Assembly (NCBI GenBank): GCA_005788205.1
Contig: SXYT01000076.1
Coordinates: 3,760-67,759 of the forward strand
DNA: 64,000 nt
Origin: Actinomycetota bacterium
GTDB lineage: Bacteria; Actinomycetota; Acidimicrobiia; Acidimicrobiales; Ilumatobacteraceae
Direction: 5' to 3'
Part shown: positions 8,286-18,278 of the stretch, one piece after another
How positions within the stretch are numbered: the stretch's first letter is position 1
Layout: each line of letters begins with the position of its first letter
Position numbers and translations under genes: made by a program
Notes under the pieces: generated by a model
What the model was told of the DNA's origin: nothing
Database searches by the model: none
The model's input: the letters and a program-made list of their open reading frames with translations, nothing else

Positions 8286-9631
8286 TGCCTGTCGCTGCGG
8301 TGTTCGGCCTGGCTGTCACGGGCAGGGCGGTGGTAGAGGCGTTCCGCCGCCGCGGTTTCGACGTCGTCGCTGCCGACGACGTCCCCGTGCCCGGGCACGC
8401 CGCCTTCGCATCTGCTTACGGCGCCCGTCTCGTCGATGTCGCGACGGACGACGGGCTGGACGGGTTCCTCGACGGGGCCGACGTGCTCGTCCCGGCGCCC
8501 GGCGTCCCGCCCCGCAGCCGGGTCATCGCCCGTGCCCTCGCTGCAGGGGTGCCGGTCCGGTCGGAGATCGACATCGCGCACGACTGGGAGCAGGCGCGCC
8601 CCGGCGGCGCACGACCCGTTCTCGGCGTCACCGGCACGGACGGCAAGACGACCACGACGATGATCACGGCCGCACTGCTGCGCGGCGCCGGCCTGCGCGC
8701 CGAGGAGGTCGGCAACACGGACATCCCCTTCATGGCGGCAGTGGACGACCCAGACATCGATGCGTTCGTGGTGGAGTGCTCGAGTTTCCGCCTGCAGTTC
8801 ACGGAGACCTTCCGGTGCGACGCGGCGACCTGGCTGAACCTCGCTCCCGACCATCTCGACTGGCATCCGGACCTCGGTCACTACGCCGCGGCGAAGGAGC
8901 GCATCTGGGCCCACGTCCGTCCCGGTGATGTCGCCGTGGTGCCGCACGGGAACGAGACGATCTCGGGGGCCGCCGCGCGTTCCGGTGCACGCCCTGTCAC
9001 CTTCGGGCTCGGCTCGGGTGACTACCGGGTGGAGGCGGGCAGTCTCGTCGGCCCGCGCGGTGCACTGTGCAGCGTCTCGGCCATGTGGCGCACGATGCCC
9101 CATGACCTCACGAACTCGCTCGCGGCCGCTGCACTGGTGCTCGAGACCGGGTTGGTCCCCCCGTCGACTGTCGAGGCGTCCCTCGCCGGTTTCGCGCCGG
9201 CCCACCACCGGATCGAATTGGTCGGGACTTTCGCAGGCTCGAGATGGTTCGACGACTCGAAGGCGACCAGCCCCCATGCCGCTCTCACGGCCATACGGGC
9301 CTTCCCCCGGCTTGTTCTCATCGCGGGGGGCCGCAACAAGGGGCTGGACCTCTCCGAAATGGCGTGCGAACCCTCGCGGATGCATGCCGTCGTCGCCATC
9401 GGGGACGATGCGGACCTCATTGAGCAGGCATTCCGCGGCACCTGCGAGGTCCGCCGGGCAGGCTCGATGCGCGACGCAGTGGCCGCCGCCGCGGACCTCG
9501 CTGAGCCGGGTGTGGACGTGGTGCTCTCGCCGGGATGCACCAGTTTCGACTGGTACAGGAACTACAACGAACGGGGGAACGACTACCAGGAGTCGGTCCG
9601 CCGGCACTTCGGGGAGGAGGCGACACGATGA
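8285..9631 (+). CDS. murD: UDP-MurNAc-L-Ala:D-Glu ligase MurD
   Basis: GVTGTDGKTTT, ECSSFRL, NLAPDHLDWH, DDSKAT, LSPGCTSFDWY; start at TGATG overlap with mraY. Confidence 0.93.
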   Translation: MPVAAVFGLAVTGRAVVEAFRRRGFDVVAADDVPVPGHAAFASAYGARLVDVATDDGLDGFLDGADVLVPAPGVPPRSRVIARALAAGVPVRSEIDIAHDWEQARPGGARPVLGVTGTDGKTTTTMITAALLRGAGLRAEEVGNTDIPFMAAVDDPDIDAFVVECSSFRLQFTETFRCDAATWLNLAPDHLDWHPDLGHYAAAKERIWAHVRPGDVAVVPHGNETISGAAARSGARPVTFGLGSGDYRVEAGSLVGPRGALCSVSAMWRTMPHDLTNSLAAAALVLETGLVPPSTVEASLAGFAPAHHRIELVGTFAGSRWFDDSKATSPHAALTAIRAFPRLVLIAGGRNKGLDLSEMACEPSRMHAVVAIGDDADLIEQAFRGTCEVRRAGSMRDAVAAAADLAEPGVDVVLSPGCTSFDWYRNYNERGNDYQESVRRHFGEEATR

Positions 9632-10821
9632 GCACGACTGACCCGCGCCCGAGGGCGCCGTCCATCGCCGACCGTCGCCGGGACATGCTCCACAGGCTCG
9701 GTCTCGACGAGAAGCACAAGATGGCACTCAAGTCGCCGACCACCGCGTTCTACGGGATCCTCGTCATCGTCGCTCTCTTCACCGCGCTCGGCCTGATCAT
9801 GGTCTTCTCGTCGTCGTCGGTCACCAGTCTCCACTCGGGTGAGTCCGCATGGAGGCTGTTCCGGCGCCAGACGATGTGGGCGCTCGTCGGCCTCGGGTCG
9901 ATGTGGGGCGTGTACAAGATTCCCTACCAGAACTGGAGGCGCCCGCGGTGGCTGCTGCCGTTCGCAGGCATGGCACTCCTGCTCAATGCGGTCGTGCCGT
10001 TCGTGGGTCGTGACATCAACGGTGCACGGGCCTGGCTGCAGTGGGGATGGTTCCGTCTGCAGCCGTCGGAGTTCCTGAAGATCGCATCGATCATGTACTG
10101 CGCCCACTTCCTCACCCGCCGCCACAGGTACGTGGCCGTCAAGGAGATGGTGCTCAAGCACATGGTCATCGTCATGGGGCTGACATGCGGGCTGTGCGTC
10201 CTCCAGCGCGACTTCGGCACTGCACTCGTCTTCGCGAGCATCATCCTCGTGATGATGCTCATCATCGGGATCCCGATGCCCCAGTTCGCCGCGACGGTGG
10301 GCGTGGTCTCGCTCGCCGGGCTCGGGGTGCTCACCCAGGCCGACAACGCCAGCAAGCGACTCCTCGCGTTCTTGGACCTCGACGCGACGAAGAGCCTCGA
10401 CGGGTACCAGGTCCACCAGGCGCTCCTCAGCATCGCAAACGGCGGTCTCGGTGGCACCGGAATCGGTTCCGGCACGAGCAAGTGGGGCTACGTGCCGCTC
10501 GCGTACAGCGACTTCATCTTCGCCGTCATCGCGGAGGAACTGGGCATCGTCGGTTCGGTGCTCGTCATCGCGGGTTTCGCGGCCCTCGTGTACTTCGGGG
10601 TCCAGACCGCTCTCGGGGCACGCGACATGCACGGCGCCCTCCTCGCGGGCGGGATCTCGGCGTGGTTCGCGTTCCAGGCCATCATCAACATCGGGGGGAT
10701 CATCGGGATCATGCCGATGACGGGGCTCACCCTGCCGTTCATGTCGTACGGCGGTTCCTCTCTGATGGCGACGCTCGTGGCGTCCGGGCTTCTCCTCAAT
10801 GTCGCCCGGCACGTCAAGTAG
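9628..10821 (+). CDS. ftsW: SEDS peptidoglycan polymerase FtsW
   Basis: INGARAWL, LQPSEFLK, YSDFIFAVIAEELG, GLTLPFMSYGGSS; GGAGGAGG RBS before ATG 9628. Confidence 0.95.
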   Translation: MSTTDPRPRAPSIADRRRDMLHRLGLDEKHKMALKSPTTAFYGILVIVALFTALGLIMVFSSSSVTSLHSGESAWRLFRRQTMWALVGLGSMWGVYKIPYQNWRRPRWLLPFAGMALLLNAVVPFVGRDINGARAWLQWGWFRLQPSEFLKIASIMYCAHFLTRRHRYVAVKEMVLKHMVIVMGLTCGLCVLQRDFGTALVFASIILVMMLIIGIPMPQFAATVGVVSLAGLGVLTQADNASKRLLAFLDLDATKSLDGYQVHQALLSIANGGLGGTGIGSGTSKWGYVPLAYSDFIFAVIAEELGIVGSVLVIAGFAALVYFGVQTALGARDMHGALLAGGISAWFAFQAIINIGGIIGIMPMTGLTLPFMSYGGSSLMATLVASGLLLNVARHVK

Positions 10822-10824
10822 GCC

Positions 10825-11940
10825 GTGATGGTCTTTGCGGTCGTCACGGGCGGCGGCACGAGCGGTCATGTGGTGCCGGCACTGGCGGTGATGGAGGCTC
10901 TCGTTGATGCGGGCCACCGCCCCGACGAGATCGCGTATGCGGGCAGCCGCAGGGGAATGGAGTCCTCGATGGTCCCCCAGACCGGCGTGCAGTGCGCGTT
11001 CCTCCCCGTGTCGGGTCTGCAGCGCTCCCTCTCCCTGCGGTCGGTGCTCGCGAACATCGCGTTCCCGTTCCGCCTGGCTGTCTCGAGGGTCATGGCCCGC
11101 AGGCTGGTCCGTGAATGGTCGCCGCGTGTCGTCGTGTCGGTCGGGGGCTACGCGAGCGAGCCGCTGGCGCGTGCGGCTGTTGCGGCAGGGATCCCGCTCG
11201 TGTGCGTGAGCTACGACATGGTGCCCGGGCTCGCGACACGCCGGCAGTCGAGGAGGGCCTTCGCGTGTGCCGTCGCGTTCGAGGGCTCGAGCCTGCCGCG
11301 CGCCGTCATCACCGGTGCCCCCGTGCGCAGGTCCGTGCGCACAATGGATCCGGTGGCCTGCCGCGCGCAGACCCGTGCGGAACGGGGGATCGACGACGGT
11401 TGCATGCTCGTCACCGTCGTCGGGGGTTCCCTCGGGTCAGCGGCGCTCAACGCATGCGTGCCCCCGCTCGCCGCCGCACTGGCCGCGGCGGGCGTCCGCG
11501 CCCGCATTGTGAACGTGACCGGGCGCCGGTATTCGCACGGCACGGAGGTGCCCGGTGCTGTCGGGACGGTCACGGTGGAGACGGTCGCATACGAGGACGA
11601 CATGCCCTCGTTGCTCGCGGCGACCGACGTCCTAGTGAGCCGCGCGGGTGCGAGCACCGTTGCAGAGGCCGCCGCGATCGGTGTCGCGGCCGTGTTCGTG
11701 CCCTGGCCCGGCGCCGCCAACGACGAACAGACACGCAACGCCGGTTGGCTGTCGGCGCAGGGCGCCGCGACGACGGTGCGCGAGGGGACCGACCTGCCCC
11801 GGTCCCTCTCCGCAGAGGTCGTGCGCCTCTGCCTGGATGCTGACGCACGCCATGAAATGGTCACCAGGGCACGGGCGGCGGGAGTGGCGAACCGCGGGAC
11901 CGGCCTCGTCGATCTCATCACGGACGCATCCCTCGCCTGA
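10825..11940 (+). CDS. murG: Lipid I GlcNAc transferase MurG
   Basis: TGGGTSGHV, VGGYAS, GGSLGS, SRAGASTVAE, EQTRNA. Confidence 0.93.
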   Translation: MMVFAVVTGGGTSGHVVPALAVMEALVDAGHRPDEIAYAGSRRGMESSMVPQTGVQCAFLPVSGLQRSLSLRSVLANIAFPFRLAVSRVMARRLVREWSPRVVVSVGGYASEPLARAAVAAGIPLVCVSYDMVPGLATRRQSRRAFACAVAFEGSSLPRAVITGAPVRRSVRTMDPVACRAQTRAERGIDDGCMLVTVVGGSLGSAALNACVPPLAAALAAAGVRARIVNVTGRRYSHGTEVPGAVGTVTVETVAYEDDMPSLLAATDVLVSRAGASTVAEAAAIGVAAVFVPWPGAANDEQTRNAGWLSAQGAATTVREGTDLPRSLSAEVVRLCLDADARHEMVTRARAAGVANRGTGLVDLITDASLA

Positions 11941-11966
11941 GCGCGGGGTGGAACAATGGGTGGTTC

Positions 11967-13361
11967 ATGACCACGCCAGACCCCCGCAGCTCCGCAGTGG
12001 ACCTCTCGGTCCCGCGGCGATTCCACATCGTCGGGACAGGCGGGCCCGGGATGAGCGCGGTTGCGGTGCTCCTCGCCCGGATGGGTCACACGGTCTCTGG
12101 TTCGGACCTCCATGAGTCCGCTGGAACCGCAACAGCCCGCCGGTACGGGGTGGACGTGCACATCGGGCACGCAGAATCGAATGTGGACGGCGTCGACTGG
12201 GTCGTCCATTCGACAGCAGTGCCCCAGACCAACATCGAACTGGTCGCGGCGCGGGCTGCAGGCACGCCTGTCGTGCACAGGGCCGCCGCACTGGCTGCGA
12301 TCACCGCACGGCACAGGTCGGTGGGGGTGGCGGGCACCCACGGCAAGACCACGACGTCATCCCTGCTGACCGCGATGCTGCGCGGCGCGGGCCGTGACCC
12401 GTCGTTCGTGATCGGGGCCGAGGTGCTCGGGCTCGGCACCGGGGCTGACCTGGGCTCTGACGGCACCCTCGTGGTCGAGGCAGACGAGAGCGACGGCACG
12501 GCCCGGTCACTCGTCCTCGAGTCGATGCTCCTCACCAACGTCGACATCGACCATCTCGACCGTTTCGGCACCGTCGAGCGCATCGAGGACGAGTTCGTGG
12601 AGATCGCGTCGCGCCTCGGGGGCACCCTCGTGGTGTGCGGTGACGACCCTCGGGCGGCCTCCGTCGCGCAGCGGTGCGGCCCCGTGCGCACAATCACGTA
12701 CGGCTTCGGGGCCGGCAACGACGTCACACTCTCCGAGCCGGTGACGGGCACTGGGGGCATCGCGTTCGCTGTCGCGTCACCGGACGGAAAGGCCGATGTC
12801 GACCTGCCGTTGCTCGGTCGCCACAATGCGCTCAACTGCGCGGGAGCGATGGCGATGGCCTCGGTCCTCGGTGTCCCGCTCGGTGCGTCTGCGGCCGCCG
12901 TCGCGACCTTCGCGGGCGTCGACCGCAGGTTCGCGGCACGGGGCACCGCCCGTGGTGCGCTGCTCATCGATGACTACGCACACCTCCCCGCCGAGATCGA
13001 CGCGACGCTCCGCGCGGCGCGCACGCACCCCGGCCTCCGTGGTCGGCTCGTCGCGGTGTTCCAGCCGAACAGGTACCACCGCATCGCAACGATGGCCGGT
13101 GACTACGCGGGTTGCTTCGCCGCCGCGGATGAGGTCTTCATCACGGATGTGTACGCATCCGGCACCGAGCGCATCGAGGGAGTCAGCGGGCTCCTCGTGG
13201 TCGATGCGGTGCGCACCAGCCACGGCAGTGTCGTGTGGGCGCAGTCGCGCGGGGAACTCGTCGAGCAGGTGATCCGCGTCCTCGGACCCGGGGACATCTG
13301 CGTGAGCATGGGGTGCGGCGACATTTCGGGGTTCCCCGACGAACTGCAGGATTCCGCATGA
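11967..13361 (+). CDS. murC: UDP-MurNAc:L-Ala ligase MurC
   Basis: GTGGPGMSAVA, AGTHGKTTTS, VEADESDG, DDYAHLPAE, VFQPNRY. Confidence 0.95.
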   Translation: MTTPDPRSSAVDLSVPRRFHIVGTGGPGMSAVAVLLARMGHTVSGSDLHESAGTATARRYGVDVHIGHAESNVDGVDWVVHSTAVPQTNIELVAARAAGTPVVHRAAALAAITARHRSVGVAGTHGKTTTSSLLTAMLRGAGRDPSFVIGAEVLGLGTGADLGSDGTLVVEADESDGTARSLVLESMLLTNVDIDHLDRFGTVERIEDEFVEIASRLGGTLVVCGDDPRAASVAQRCGPVRTITYGFGAGNDVTLSEPVTGTGGIAFAVASPDGKADVDLPLLGRHNALNCAGAMAMASVLGVPLGASAAAVATFAGVDRRFAARGTARGALLIDDYAHLPAEIDATLRAARTHPGLRGRLVAVFQPNRYHRIATMAGDYAGCFAAADEVFITDVYASGTERIEGVSGLLVVDAVRTSHGSVVWAQSRGELVEQVIRVLGPGDICVSMGCGDISGFPDELQDSA

Positions 13362-14401
13362 GCCCGTCCAGCCGCCGGACGGACACGGAGGGAATCGCTG
13401 CCGCGCTCCGCGCAGCGGGTCTCTCCGTCGGGGTTGATGCACCATTCGGTGCGCTCACCACCTACGGGGTCGGGGGGAGCGCGGCACTGGTGGTCGAGAC
13501 CGCCGGCCAGGACGATGCCGTGGCGGTCGGGCGGGTCATCTCGGCGCACCCCGGCACGGAGGTGTGCGTCATCGGCAACGGCAGCAACACCCTCGTGGCC
13601 GACAGCGGCTTTGACGGTGTCGTGGTGCGCACGAGACCGCCCAAAGACCCTGCGGCGTTCGCAGTCGAGATTGTCGACGGCACGGTGTCCGTGGGGGCAT
13701 GGATGCCGCTTCCCGTCCTCGCGCGCCGGTCGGTCGCCGCAGGTGCCCACGGCCTCGAGTGGGCTGTGGGCGTGCCGGGCACTGTCGGAGGGGCAGTGAG
13801 GATGAACGCGGGCGGACATGGCGCCGAGATGGTCGACTCGCTCGTCACGGTGCGCTTGGTCAGTCTGGCGACGGGTGCGTGCGCAGAGGCATCCGCATTG
13901 GATCTTGCCCTGCACTTCCGTGGCTCGGCACTCGGCCCCTCCCATCTGGTGACCGAGGCGACGTTCGCGGTGTCACCGCCGGGGGACCATGATGGCGAGG
14001 CTGACCTCGCAGCGATCGTGGCATGGCGCCGCGAGCACCAACCCGGCGGCCGCAACGCGGGGTCGGTGTTCGTGAACCCGTCACCCGGACAGGGCAGCGC
14101 CGGCGCGCTCATCGACGCGGCCGGCCTGCGGGGGCTCACTGTCGGAGACGCGACGGTCTCGCAGAAGCACGCGAACTTCATCCAGACCGGGCCCGTCGCC
14201 ACCGCCGCAGATGTGGTCGGCCTGATGGAGTCTGTGCAGGACACGGTGCGCGAGCGCACCGGCATCGTGCTGCGCAGCGAGGTGCGGATGGTCGGGTTCG
14301 GCGCCGCCGTCACGGCGCGCTTCGCAGGAGAGTCGCACACTGATCCCGCCGTGGAGGCTGCGCGGCGGGGTCTTGCTCGCATGCTCGGGGAACCGTCATG
14401 A
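13358..14401 (+). CDS. murB: UDP-N-acetylenolpyruvoylglucosamine reductase MurB
   Basis: TTYGVGG, IGNGSNTLV, GVPGTVGGAVRMNAG, NAGSVFVNP, VSQKHANF; ATGA overlap with murC. Confidence 0.93.
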   Translation: MSPSSRRTDTEGIAAALRAAGLSVGVDAPFGALTTYGVGGSAALVVETAGQDDAVAVGRVISAHPGTEVCVIGNGSNTLVADSGFDGVVVRTRPPKDPAAFAVEIVDGTVSVGAWMPLPVLARRSVAAGAHGLEWAVGVPGTVGGAVRMNAGGHGAEMVDSLVTVRLVSLATGACAEASALDLALHFRGSALGPSHLVTEATFAVSPPGDHDGEADLAAIVAWRREHQPGGRNAGSVFVNPSPGQGSAGALIDAAGLRGLTVGDATVSQKHANFIQTGPVATAADVVGLMESVQDTVRERTGIVLRSEVRMVGFGAAVTARFAGESHTDPAVEAARRGLARMLGEPS

Positions 14402-15564
14402 GCCGCGACGACACACGGGGCGGCGCACCCGGCATGCCGGGGCCGGAGGACGTCGTGGAGGTGTCCACTGAGGTGCTGGACGAACTCGGGCGGTTGTTCG
14501 GTGCCGCAACGGACGGGACCGCGGACGCCGGCGCGCCGGCCGGTGCGGGGGCCGTCGATGACGACCCGGCCAAGTCCGCCCGGGAGTCCGGGACAGCAGA
14601 TCCAGGCACGACCGCGCCGACGGATGCTGTCATCGTCATTGATGACGTGGACCCCGGGAGTGACACTGATGACCCCGCCCACGGTGGCGGTGTCGCACCG
14701 GTGGACGACCCACCGGTCGCCACGGTGATTCCGCTCGCTGGGTCTGTGCCGGCGTCACTCGGGGACCCGCTCGTCATCATCGAGGACGAGCCCGATGTCG
14801 TCGACCCCCGCACGGATGTCGACCCACGGTTCGAGGAGCGAAGACGGGTCTGGGCCCGCCGAGACAGGCTCCGCCGTGTCCGTTGGGTGAAGATCGCGGG
14901 GCTTCTCGTGGGCCTCGTCGTCGTCGTGAGCGTCATCCTTGCCTCTCCGCTCTTTGCCATCCGGACCTTCACGGTGGAGGGCACCGTCTACACGTCCGAC
15001 GAGTCCGTCGACGAGGTGCGCAGGATCCTGAAGGGAACATCCGTCTTCACGGCCGACACGGCGCGCGCCAGGGCCGTGCTGCTGCGGGACCCGTGGGTCG
15101 ACGGTGTGCGCATCACGACGCACTTCCCCTCGAAGGTCGTCGTCGAGGTGAGCGAGCGCAAGCCCGTCGTCTGGTACGTGGGGACGGACAACAAGGCACG
15201 CATCGTGGACGCCCGCGGGTCGGTCATCGACGTCCTCACCGGGTTCCCCACGAAGTACCTGCAGGTGAAGGGAACCGGGGCAGCCGTCGACGCCGGGAGC
15301 ACAGCCGACGATGCGTACCGGGCGGCGGCACAACTCGTGCTCGCCCTGCCCGACGAGATCAGACCGAGGGTCACGGCTCTTGACCTCAGTCCGGCAGGGG
15401 AGCTGTCGATGGTGCTCAAGGGTGACACCCTCGTGCGGTTCGGGACCCCGGTCGACCTGCAGAACAAGCTCGTCGCCGTCGTGGTCCTGCTGCGCCGCCA
15501 GGACCCGAAGACCATCGCGGTGATCGATGTGTCGGCGGGTGATCCCACGGTTCTCGGCCGTTGA
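14398..15564 (+). CDS. ftsQ: Cell division protein FtsQ/DivIB with long acidic N-terminal region
   Basis: One TM, POTRA-like segment (PWVDGVRITTHFPSKVVVEVSERKP), C-terminal IDVSAGDP; directly upstream of ftsZ. Confidence 0.85.
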   Translation: MSRDDTRGGAPGMPGPEDVVEVSTEVLDELGRLFGAATDGTADAGAPAGAGAVDDDPAKSARESGTADPGTTAPTDAVIVIDDVDPGSDTDDPAHGGGVAPVDDPPVATVIPLAGSVPASLGDPLVIIEDEPDVVDPRTDVDPRFEERRRVWARRDRLRRVRWVKIAGLLVGLVVVVSVILASPLFAIRTFTVEGTVYTSDESVDEVRRILKGTSVFTADTARARAVLLRDPWVDGVRITTHFPSKVVVEVSERKPVVWYVGTDNKARIVDARGSVIDVLTGFPTKYLQVKGTGAAVDAGSTADDAYRAAAQLVLALPDEIRPRVTALDLSPAGELSMVLKGDTLVRFGTPVDLQNKLVAVVVLLRRQDPKTIAVIDVSAGDPTVLGR

Positions 15565-15669
15565 TGCCGCCGAATCGGGCCTTCCAGGGGCGGAATTACC
15601 CCAAGAAGCACCCGTGATGTGGAAACATTGACCAACTCAGTCGCACGACTCCGAGCGGAGGTATGGCCC

Positions 15670-16767
15670 ATGGCCGGAGCACCACAAAATTATCTTGCCG
15701 TCATCAAGGTCATCGGAGTCGGTGGCGGCGGTGTCAACGGCATCAACCGGATGATCGACGCCGGCCTTCGTGGTGTGGAATTCGTCGCAGTGAACACCGA
15801 TGCCCAGGCACTCCTCATGAGCGATGCCGACGTGAAACTCGACAGCGGCCGCGAGCTCACCAGGGGTCTCGGCGCCGGGTCGGACCCCGAGGTCGGCCGT
15901 GCCGCCGCGGAGGCCCACCGTGACGAGATCGAAGAGCTCGTGCAGGGCGCCGACATGGTGTTCATCACTGCCGGCGAGGGTGGCGGCACGGGCACCGGCG
16001 CCGCGCCAGTCATTGCCGAGATCGCCAGGTCGGTGGGTGCGCTGACCATCGGTGTCGTGACCCGCCCGTTCCAGTTCGAGGGCCGTCGCCGCGCGGTGCA
16101 GGCCGACAACGGCATCCAGCGGCTCCGCGAGAAGGTGGACACGCTCATCGTCATCCCGAACGACAGGCTGCTCACGGTGACGAACGAGAAGACATCCCTG
16201 GTGAACGCGTTCAAGATTGCCGATGAGGTCTTGCTGGCCGGTGTCGCCGGTATCACGAACCTCATCACCACCCCTGGTCTCATCAACACCGACTTCGCGG
16301 ACGTGAAGATGATCCTGTCCAACGCAGGTTCCGCCCTCATGGGCACCGGACAGGCCTCCGGCGACAACCGGGCCGTCACCGCGGCCAAGGCTGCGATCTC
16401 GAGCCCCATGCTCGAGGCCGCGATCGACGGTGCCCGTGGCGTGCTGCTCAACATCACCGGGCCCTCCAGCATGGGTCTGTACGAGGTCAACGCAGCCGCG
16501 GAGATCGTCCACGGCGTCGCCCACCAGGACGCGAACATCATCTTCGGCACCGTCATCAACGACGAACTGGGAGACGAAATCCAGGTCACGGTCATCGCAG
16601 CCGGGTTCGACCGTTGGGACGGGGGTCCCACGAACAATTCGTTCGCCGGCACGCGCCCGGCGCGCCCCGCGGACCCGCGCCCCGCGGCTGCATCGTCTGT
16701 GCTCGACCGCGACCCGTTCGATGACGACGATGATGATGACTTCGACGTCCCCTCGTTCCTGAAGTAG
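15670..16767 (+). CDS. ftsZ: Cell division protein FtsZ
   Basis: [22 protein letters not shown] tubulin motif, [11 protein letters not shown]-terminal [18 protein letters not shown] before ATG 15670. Confidence 0.98.
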   Translation: MAGAPQNYLAVIKVIGVGGGGVNGINRMIDAGLRGVEFVAVNTDAQALLMSDADVKLDSGRELTRGLGAGSDPEVGRAAAEAHRDEIEELVQGADMVFITAGEGGGTGTGAAPVIAEIARSVGALTIGVVTRPFQFEGRRRAVQADNGIQRLREKVDTLIVIPNDRLLTVTNEKTSLVNAFKIADEVLLAGVAGITNLITTPGLINTDFADVKMILSNAGSALMGTGQASGDNRAVTAAKAAISSPMLEAAIDGARGVLLNITGPSSMGLYEVNAAAEIVHGVAHQDANIIFGTVINDELGDEIQVTVIAAGFDRWDGGPTNNSFAGTRPARPADPRPAAASSVLDRDPFDDDDDDDFDVPSFLK

Positions 16768-16772
16768 GGGCC

Positions 16773-17444
16773 GTGTCCGGCGCCGCCGGGGTCCCGGGGC
16801 AGGTCGCCGAGAACGTGGCCGTGGTCCGCGCCCGCATCCGTGCCGCGGGCGGCGACGGGGTGAGCCTCGTGGCGGTCACAAAGACCCATGGTCACGACGC
16901 GATAGAGCAGGCGTTCGCTGCCGGTTGTGACGCTGTCGGGGAGAACTACGTGCAGGAAATCGCCGCGAAACTCTCCGGGCACGCATCTGCGGGCCCGGTC
17001 CACATGATCGGGGCGGTCCAGACGAACAAGGTGCGCAAGATCGCCCCGCTCGTGTCCCTCTGGCAGACGGTGGACCGGCCGTCTGTCGTCGCCGAGATCG
17101 CCCGCCGCGGCGCGAACGGAGGTTGCACCGACCTGCTGCTGCAGGTGAACACGACCGCCGAGGGGACGAAGTCGGGATGCCGCGAGGACGAGATCGACGC
17201 ACTGCGGACACAGGCCGAGGCCTGCGGGCTGAGGGTGCTCGGCCTCATGACGATCGGGCCCACCGACGGGGACCCCACGCTCACCGAGGCCTCGTTCAGG
17301 CGCCTGAGGGCCCTCTGTGATGCCCAGGGGCTCGGCATCTGCTCCATGGGGATGTCCGGGGACTTCGAGATGGCGGTCTCGTGCGGCTCCACGATGGTGC
17401 GCGTCGGCACCGCGATCTTCGGGGAGCGTCCCCCGGGGCATTGA
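16773..17444 (+). CDS. yggS: YggS family PLP-binding protein
   Basis: LVAVTKT, GENYVQE, HMIGAVQTNK, SMGMSGDFE, GSTMVRVGTAIFG. Confidence 0.93.
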   Translation: MSGAAGVPGQVAENVAVVRARIRAAGGDGVSLVAVTKTHGHDAIEQAFAAGCDAVGENYVQEIAAKLSGHASAGPVHMIGAVQTNKVRKIAPLVSLWQTVDRPSVVAEIARRGANGGCTDLLLQVNTTAEGTKSGCREDEIDALRTQAEACGLRVLGLMTIGPTDGDPTLTEASFRRLRALCDAQGLGICSMGMSGDFEMAVSCGSTMVRVGTAIFGERPPGH

Positions 17445-17491
17445 CTCTGGTGTCCCACATCGTGACGCGGTGCTGGATTAGCCTTCCAGCC

Positions 17492-17998
17492 ATGTCGTTC
17501 TTCCGCCGAGCCATGGACTATCTGGGACTGAGCGGCGACGAGGCGTACGACGACTACGACATGTCGATGGAGTACGAGCGCCCGCGCCCCTCGCGCGGCG
17601 TGCCGCCCGTCGAGCAGGAGTACTCCGCCGAGGTGCAGCGTCCGGCCCCGCGTCCGCGCATCGACGACACCGGAGCGACCCGCCGCCCCGACGACTCGGG
17701 TCTGCAGGTGCGTCCGATCGGTGCGCCCCGCTCGACTCCCACCGTGCGCCCCGTCGCCGCTGGCGCAGAGACGGTGAGTGTGCGCCCGCGCAACTTCAAC
17801 GGCGTGAAGGAGATCGCCGACTCCTTCCGCGAGGGCTACCCGGTCATCATCAACCTGGAGGACTGTGAGCCCGGCATGTCACGGCGGATCATCGACTTCG
17901 CGAGCGGTCTCTGCTACGGCCTCGGCGGCACCGTGGAGAAGGTCGGCACCGGCGTGTTCCTGCTGAAGCAGCACGGCGTGGACAACGACCGTCACTGA
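17492..17998 (+). CDS. sepF: Cell division protein SepF
   Basis: MSFFRRAMDYLGL membrane helix; IADSFREGYPVIINL, RRIIDFASGLCYGLGG. Confidence 0.93.
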   Translation: MSFFRRAMDYLGLSGDEAYDDYDMSMEYERPRPSRGVPPVEQEYSAEVQRPAPRPRIDDTGATRRPDDSGLQVRPIGAPRSTPTVRPVAAGAETVSVRPRNFNGVKEIADSFREGYPVIINLEDCEPGMSRRIIDFASGLCYGLGGTVEKVGTGVFLLKQHGVDNDRH

Positions 17999-18005
17999 GG
18001 GCCGC

Positions 18006-18251
18006 ATGGACATTCTCTGCCAGATCGCGTACCTCTACTCGGTCGTCATCATCCTGCGTGCGATCTCGTCGTTCTTCCCGATCTCGCCCGGCAGCCCGTT
18101 CGCGCCAGTGGTGAGCTTCCTCTACAGGGCCACGGAGCCCGTGTTCGCACCCATCCGGCGCGTGATGCCCGCCACCGGGCCGTTCGACTTCACACCCCTC
18201 GTGGTGTTGCTGGCGCTGCAGATACTCGTGCCGCTCCTGCTCGGGTGCTGA
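18006..18251 (+). CDS. yggT: YggT family membrane protein
   Basis: ATEPVFAPIRRVMP...DFTPLV motif; follows sepF. Confidence 0.9.
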   Translation: MDILCQIAYLYSVVIILRAISSFFPISPGSPFAPVVSFLYRATEPVFAPIRRVMPATGPFDFTPLVVLLALQILVPLLLGC

Positions 18252-18278
18252 GCCAGCGCCAACCCCTAGCCTTGACGC

